Shown in pieces: positions 33,848 through 39,728 of a DNA stretch of 39,728 bases (its first letter is position 1; every line of letters starts with the position of its first letter). Source of the DNA: Chiloscyllium plagiosum (Eukaryota); contig NC_057718.1 in assembly GCF_004010195.1 (NCBI RefSeq), forward strand, positions 95,581,929 through 95,621,656, read 5' to 3'. A model generated the notes under the pieces. It saw only the letters and a program-made list of their open reading frames with translations. It had not been told where the DNA came from and searched no databases. Position numbers and translations under genes: made by a program.

Positions 33848-34607
33848 CCTACTGTAGAACCTCGTCCATTTCCAAGCCTCACACCGTCTACAATTTTGGA
33901 CCAAAATGAACACAATATCGTTGTTTTGCATTGTTGAATTCCATACATTCTCTGCAGCTGGTGAAATACTTCATATGTTATTCTGCTTGAGGATAGCTGT
34001 ACATTTTACGTCTATAAACAAGATTCCCATTGAACCTAGGTCAGAGCTACAGCAGCAGAATGGGAGATATCCTGGAGACATTTCAATTCTCGTATTTTAA
34101 GAGAAGAATAGAACTGACCGCACTGCTATGATCTTTCCATTTTTCACACTATCCTCAAAACCTCTGGAAGTAACATTGTTAGCATGGAGCCAAAACGCTT
34201 CAAATTCTTAAGGGCTCTCTGCCTAGAGGTTGTATCTCAACAGGAGCTGGGTTGAGACTTCCCAAACATGTGAGAGTTAAGACAAGTGTAGAGAATGGAG
34301 CTCAGGGTGATTACTGCATTAAATCAGGGATCAGCTGTTGTTCACCTGGTAGTCATTTTCATACATCATATAAGTTTGGTAAAACAAATCTCATTGAGCG
34401 GAGTTGATCTCAACAGGTTCCAAAAATGTCTGATCCATTGCTCTAACCCCTTCACATCCTGTCTTTCAAACATCATGCTAAAATAACATCACAAGTGAAA
34501 AAAAACATTTCAAATAAAGTCCCACGGACAATTAAGAATTTTCTGAAAGTTGATTTGTTAAGCATAATATCACTCACATTTGGAGACAAATAAAAATTTC
34601 CACTTAC

Positions 34608-34758
34608 GAATTTGTTCCACTAATTTTAGCATGACTCCTCCAACATGAAAGTCCCCTGTTACTCTCAAATTAAACTCCAATGGCAAATCTTCATTTGGCT
34701 GATCCACTTGAACATTCAGTTCCCATGAAGAGGCTCCACAATCATTAGAGGATGACAT
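34608..34758 (-). CDS. FERMT1: Kindlin-1 (fermitin family homolog 1), first coding exon, 151 nt, F0 domain start
   Basis: Translates [50 protein letters not shown], matching the kindlin-1 N-terminus as I recall it (human [24 protein letters not shown]...[20 protein letters not shown]). ATG at 34758-34756; donor C|GTAAGT at 34607 (phase 1); probable acceptor TTTTTCATTGATAG ending at 34782, leaving about 23 nt of 5'UTR in the exon. Confidence 0.95.
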
Positions 34759-36329
34759 CTTATTAGGATCTAATTCCAGCTCTATCAATGAAAAACGTAC
34801 AAAATTTACAAAAATTAACATTTCAATTCTTCGTGATCATTTGCACAGCAACAGATTTTGTGTAGCCTGTTAGGGCGGCCCTTGATTGAGCAGCACAAAA
34901 TGGCCGACGGCTGCCCACGACTAATGCAGCAGAACATGGTTGACAGTAGTTAGAGACCTACGGAAAATATTTTCTTCATGTAGTCTTCACAAGTAGAACA
35001 ATAGTAGCTCTGTAGACTCAAGGTTACTGGACTGAGATAGAATGTGCAGCTGCAGTTGCTCAGACACAAGAGATAGATAAGAACACTTCACACTAATTAA
35101 CTGTTTCTTTTGAAGTATTTAATCAACCTGTTACAATATTAAGAGTAAGTTTTAGATATGATTCTTCACCGAATGATAGATATAGATTCTGAAGTAGTTA
35201 TAGGTCCACCTATGCACACAAGAATCACTAAAAGCATTAGAGGAAAAGATTCAAACCAGTTTCAGACAGTAAAAGCAGACCCATATCATTACAGGGAGAA
35301 ATGAGCAGGTACAGAAATGAACAAATATTGGAATGTGGACTGAAAGAACACATTAAGAGAAACCTTTTAGCTAAAGAATTCTAACATTAGGTGTAACCAT
35401 ATAACTTTGTTGGAACTGATCAAAAAAAATATTCTTTTGTATTTCCTGTTATGAGGAATGTTTAAAGTCCTGAAGTGATAGGCAAGTATCCAATTAATTT
35501 GCAGTTAACACTGTGTAGCTGGCAACTGTTACTTGAGTACAATATCCATTGTGAAAAACCTCAAGAACGGAGATAAGAGAGTATGCAGGAAACATCATGA
35601 AGGACTGCTAATGGACCGCAAGCCTGGCCATCTCCTTGTTGTTCAGTGATATGATTAGCTTAGTTGGAAATCATTGCTGAGGCAAGCTTGAACTGTATAA
35701 GATACTGTACCAGACAGCCAATTACAAAGGGATAACCACCACTGCTGACCAATCATAGACAAAGCAGGGGTGAGGAGGCACCGTGCGCACTCTATTCTTG
35801 AACTGTATAAGTTAAGACATTCTGAAATTTGTATGCGCCTTCTTGTGTGCCTTCTGGAGAAATGAAGCTGTACTGAACATAAAGCTGCAATAAAGAAAGG
35901 TTACCTGAAACCATCCCGCGACTCAGATCCACATCGGAAAATATCAGAGCTAACATAGCCTGACACCGGATAAAGGGTGCACTGTCTTTCATGTAATTCA
36001 AATTTTAACCAATGTTATTTTCCAGGAGACAGAGTCAGGAAATTTGAAATAGCAGCTGATTAAATTCATAGTGTACCGTGGAAATATAGATCCATCAAAT
36101 TCATAGTGTAATGCAATTGTAGCTCAAGATTGCAGATTAAGAAGGCAAATTATCACGAGGCAAATGCAGGGTACAATGTAGTGCTGGATCATCCAAAGCC
36201 AGGTTAGCTTCCCACCTGTATCAAATCAGTTAACAACAACTAGTCAGCAACTGGAGGAACGCAATGAGGCTGGACAGCAAAGGAATAATGATCTTCCAAA
36301 AGTTTCAAGCATCAGCAAAATCCATTAAA

Positions 36330-38015
36330 TTCTTGTGAACTATTGGGCATTAAATTAACAGAGGACATGATTGGAATGAACTTTTCTCCACAAGCATGCA
36401 CACACACAAACAAAAGAAGAATAGAGGAGCTAAATATTATTTAAAAATAGAGGAAGACTGAAGAAAACTACAAAACAGAGTGGTTTTGGAACCCTCATCC
36501 ATGAATCACCTAAGCCAGCATCCCAGTCCAATGCATAATCGGGAAGGCAAATGAAACGTTGGCCTTTATTTGAAAACAAATGGAAGATAAAAGTAGAGAG
36601 GTTTTGCTAAAACTATATACGGCACTGGTCAAGCCATTGTAGGAATACCGTGAACAGTTTCAGTTTCTTGTCTAATGAAAGATATCCTGGTAGTAGAGCA
36701 AGTCCAGCCAAGGTCCACCAGGCTGACAACAGGAATGGAGTTATTATCTTATGAGAAGAGGTTGAGTAGATTGGGCTTGTACTCATTGGAATTTAGAAGA
36801 ATGAGAGGCGACATGTAGAATCATAGAACCCCTATAGTGTGGAAGCAGGCCATTCGGCCCACTGAGTCCATGCTGCCCCCCCCCCCCCCTCTGAGGAGCA
36901 TCCTACCCAAACCCACCTCTCTACCCTGTCCCTGTAACCCTTCATTTTCCATGGCCAGCCTGCACATTCCTCGACACTATGGGCAATTTAGCATCGCCAA
37001 TCTACTTAAACTGCACATCTTTGGACTCCATTCCAACTCCAAATCCTCAACTCTTCTGCCTTTTCCCCCCCATAACCTTGATTCCCTTCTTGATTAAAAA
37101 TCCATCTCAAGTCGTGAATCTGCTCAATAGCCCTTTGCGGTAAAGAATTTCACAAATTCACTCCGTTCTGTGCGAAGAAATTCCACCTCATGTCTGGATT
37201 AAATGTGCGACCCATTATTCGGAAATTACGCCATAGGTCCAAGACGGTCCCTCAAGAGGAAACCATTTCTTTGCATCTACCCTCTCAAATCCCCCAGGGA
37301 CCGTGTTATGGTTCAAAGACTTATTGAAACACACAGGATTCTTCAGGGAGTTGACAGGGTAGATGCTGAAAGGTTGTTTCCCCTTGTGAGAACATCGAGG
37401 ACCAGAGGACAGAATCTCAGAGTAAGGGGTCACCTTCATGAGATAGAGATAAGAAGGAATTTATGATGAATCTGTGGAATTCTTTACTGCAGAGGGCTTT
37501 TGACATGCTCAAGGCTGAGACAGAGATTTTTTGGATTAGATTCGATTCTCTACAGTATGGAAACAGGCTCTTCGGCCCAACAAGTTCACACCGACCCTCC
37601 AAAGAATAACCCACCCAGACCCATTCCCCTACCCTAGATTTTACCCCTGACTGATGTACTCAACACTATGGGCAATTTAGCATGGCCAATTCACCTAACT
37701 GCACATCTTTGGATTGTGGGAGGAAACCGGAGCACCCGGAGGAAACCCACACAGACACGGGGAGAATGTGCAAACTCCACATAGACAGTCGCCTGAGGCG
37801 GGAATCAAACCCGGGTCCCTGGTGCTGTGAGGTAGCAGCGCTTACCACTGAGCCACAGTGCCACCCCGGCACTTTAATAGGTAAGGGAAACAAGGGTCAT
37901 GATGGAAAAGGCATGGAAATGAGGTTGAGGATGATCCAATCAATCACGGGCTCAGTGAATAATGGAGCAGACTTGATGGGCTGAATGGCCTACTTCTGCT
38001 CCCATGGTTTATGGT
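36330..38015 (+). mobile_element. Decayed CR1 LINE 3' region with nested inserts: partial V-SINE 36816-37028 (-), inverted CR1 piece about 37030-37300 (-), V-SINE 37535-37867 (-)
   Basis: CR1 remnants such as LIETHRILQGVDRVDAERLFPLVRTSRTRGQNLRVRG (ORF 37203..37466) and tail AATGGAGCAGACTTGATGGGCTGAATGGCCTACTTCTGCTCC. Confidence 0.8.
37535..37867 (-). mobile_element. tRNA-derived V-SINE (HE1-like), near full length
   Basis: Reverse complement of A/B boxes, V-domain and (AATCT)n-type tail. Confidence 0.92.
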
Positions 38016-38074
38016 TTTTAACAGCAGAAGTAAGGGAAATTCTGTAATCTGACAGGTTTTGATAAAATATTACA

Positions 38075-39728
38075 ATAATATTTTGTGGAATGTTCCTCCT
38101 GCAGGATGTTCGAGGTAGGGGTGACCACCGATGCTCCTGCCGACTTCATCTGCAGGAAATGCAGTCAGATTCTGCTCCTCACAGAACGAGTTAGGGAACT
38201 GGAACTGGAGTTGGATGAACTGAGGATTATTCGAGAGGCTGTGATAGATAAGAGTTACAGGGAAGCAGTTACTCCTACTCACGAAGAAAGCTGGGTAACT
38301 GTTCAAAGGGGGAAAAACAGTCAGTGCAGGGATCCCTTATGGTCATTCACCTGAAAACAAGAATACCATTTTGGATGCTGTTGGGGGGGGATGACTGACC
38401 AGGGGTATGTAGTGAGGTGCAGGTCTCTGGCACAGAGCCTGTCCCTGTTGCACAGAAGGGAAGGAGGGAAAGGAGGATAGTGTTAATCATTGGGGACTCA
38501 ATAGTTAGAGTCTCAGATAGAAGATTTGTTGTGAACGAAAGAGACTCATAGTTGGTGTGTTGCCTCCCAGGTGCCAGGGTCTGTGATGTCTCGGATCATG
38601 TCTTTAGGGTCCTGAAGGGAGAGATTGACCAGCCTCAAGTCGTTGTCCATGTCGGTACCAATGACATAGGTAGAAAGAGGGATAGGGATGTAAGGCAGGA
38701 TTTCAGGGAGCTAGGGTGGAAGCTGAGAACTAAAACAAACAGAGTTGTTATCTCTGGTTTGTTATTCGTGTCATGTGATAACGAGGCAAGGAATAGGGAG
38801 AGATATCAGCTGAACACATGGGCTGCAGGGATGGTGCAGGAGGGAGAGTTTCAGGTACATGGATAATTTGGGGAAGACGGGACCCCTAGAAAAAGGGCAG
38901 TCTTCACTTGAACCAGAGGGGCACTAATATCCTGGGTGGGAAATTTGCTGGTGCTATTCTGGTTGGTTTAAACTAGCTGAGCAGGAGGGTAGGAACCTAA
39001 GGTGTAGTTCCAGTGCACAGGAGAATGAAAGTAGGGAGGGCATGGACAGAATTTCAGGGTCACAGGGATGTGCTGGCAGACAGCAAACTGGTTTGAAGTG
39101 TGTCTACTTCAACATCAGAAGTATCTGAAATAAGGTAGGTGAGCTTACAGCATGGGACTTTGTACCTGGGACTTTGATGTTGTGGCCATTTCGGAGACAT
39201 GGATAGAGCAGGGTGAGGAATGGATGTTGCGGGTTCCAAGGTTTAGATCTTTCATTAAAAACAGGGAAGGTGGTAAAAGAGGGGGAGGCGTGGCCTTGTT
39301 AGTCAAAGATAGTATAACGGTGGCTGAGAGAACTTTTGACGAGGACTCGTCTACTGAGGTAGTATGGGCTGAGGTTAGAAACAGGAGAGGAGAGGTCACA
39401 CTGCTGGGAGTTTTCCATAGGCCTCCGCAAAGTTCCAGGGATATGGAGGAGAAGATCGGCAAAACTATTCTAGGTAGGAGTGAAAGGAGCAGGGTTGGCA
39501 TTATGGGGAACTTTAACTTCCCCAACATTGACTGGAAATGCCATAACTCTAGTACATCAGGTGGATCAGCTTTTATCCATTGTGTACAGGAGGCTTTTCT
39601 GACACAGTATGTCGAAGGGCTGCCAAGAAGGGAGGCAACACTGGATCTGATGCTTGGTAATGAACCAGGCCAGGTGTTTGATTTAGTTGTAGGTGAGCAA
39701 TTTGGAGAGAGTGACCATAATTCAGTTA
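38075..39728 (+). mobile_element. 5' part of a CR1 LINE: ORF1 (zinc finger, leucine zipper, SGNH esterase-like) and start of ORF2 APE endonuclease; disrupted; continues past the window
   Basis: CSSC...CRKC followed by LLLTERVRELELELDEL (38085..38354); IGDSIVR, CCLPGARV, VVVHVGTNDIG and LHLN motifs; from about 39090 LKCVYFNIRSI, DVVAISETW, RGGGVALLV, IMGNFNFP, LDLML, GESDH. Stops and frameshifts present. Confidence 0.92.

Noticed and set aside
34782..39728. FERMT1 non-coding first exon and main promoter
   Set aside because: No CpG island or convincing exon seen; the region is repeat-filled, so they probably lie beyond the window.
1..39728. CRISPR array or prokaryotic system
   Set aside because: No regularly spaced repeat-spacer array or operon-like ORFs; the DNA is vertebrate intronic sequence.

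Overview
Eukaryotic, vertebrate DNA, almost certainly a shark, judged from HE1-like V-SINEs and abundant CR1/HER1-like LINEs. The window lies inside the 5' part of a kindlin-1 gene (FERMT1) on the minus strand. Three coding exons are recognisable (34608-34758, 24410-24643, 5116-5256), all with GT-AG junctions in phase 1. They are separated by introns of about 10 kb and 19 kb, and the rest of the gene lies outside the window. The introns are filled with decayed CR1 LINEs, tRNA-derived SINEs of three kinds and fragments of Penelope-like elements (PLEs). The most notable structure is in the PLE-derived DNA. About ten copies of a minimal hammerhead-ribozyme motif (CTGANGA-stem II-GAAACGTY) occur, three with an intact core. 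Four PLE insertions are tail-outward inverted pairs, one with a clean 14-bp target-site duplication. One inverted pair extends into a fold-back with arms of about 1.03 kb (20893-23744) that copied about 900 bp of non-PLE DNA and has a near-identical 160-bp core. Repeat boundaries are read by eye and approximate, and family names come from recognition, not database searches. There are two assembly gaps (16674-16706, 32174-32378).
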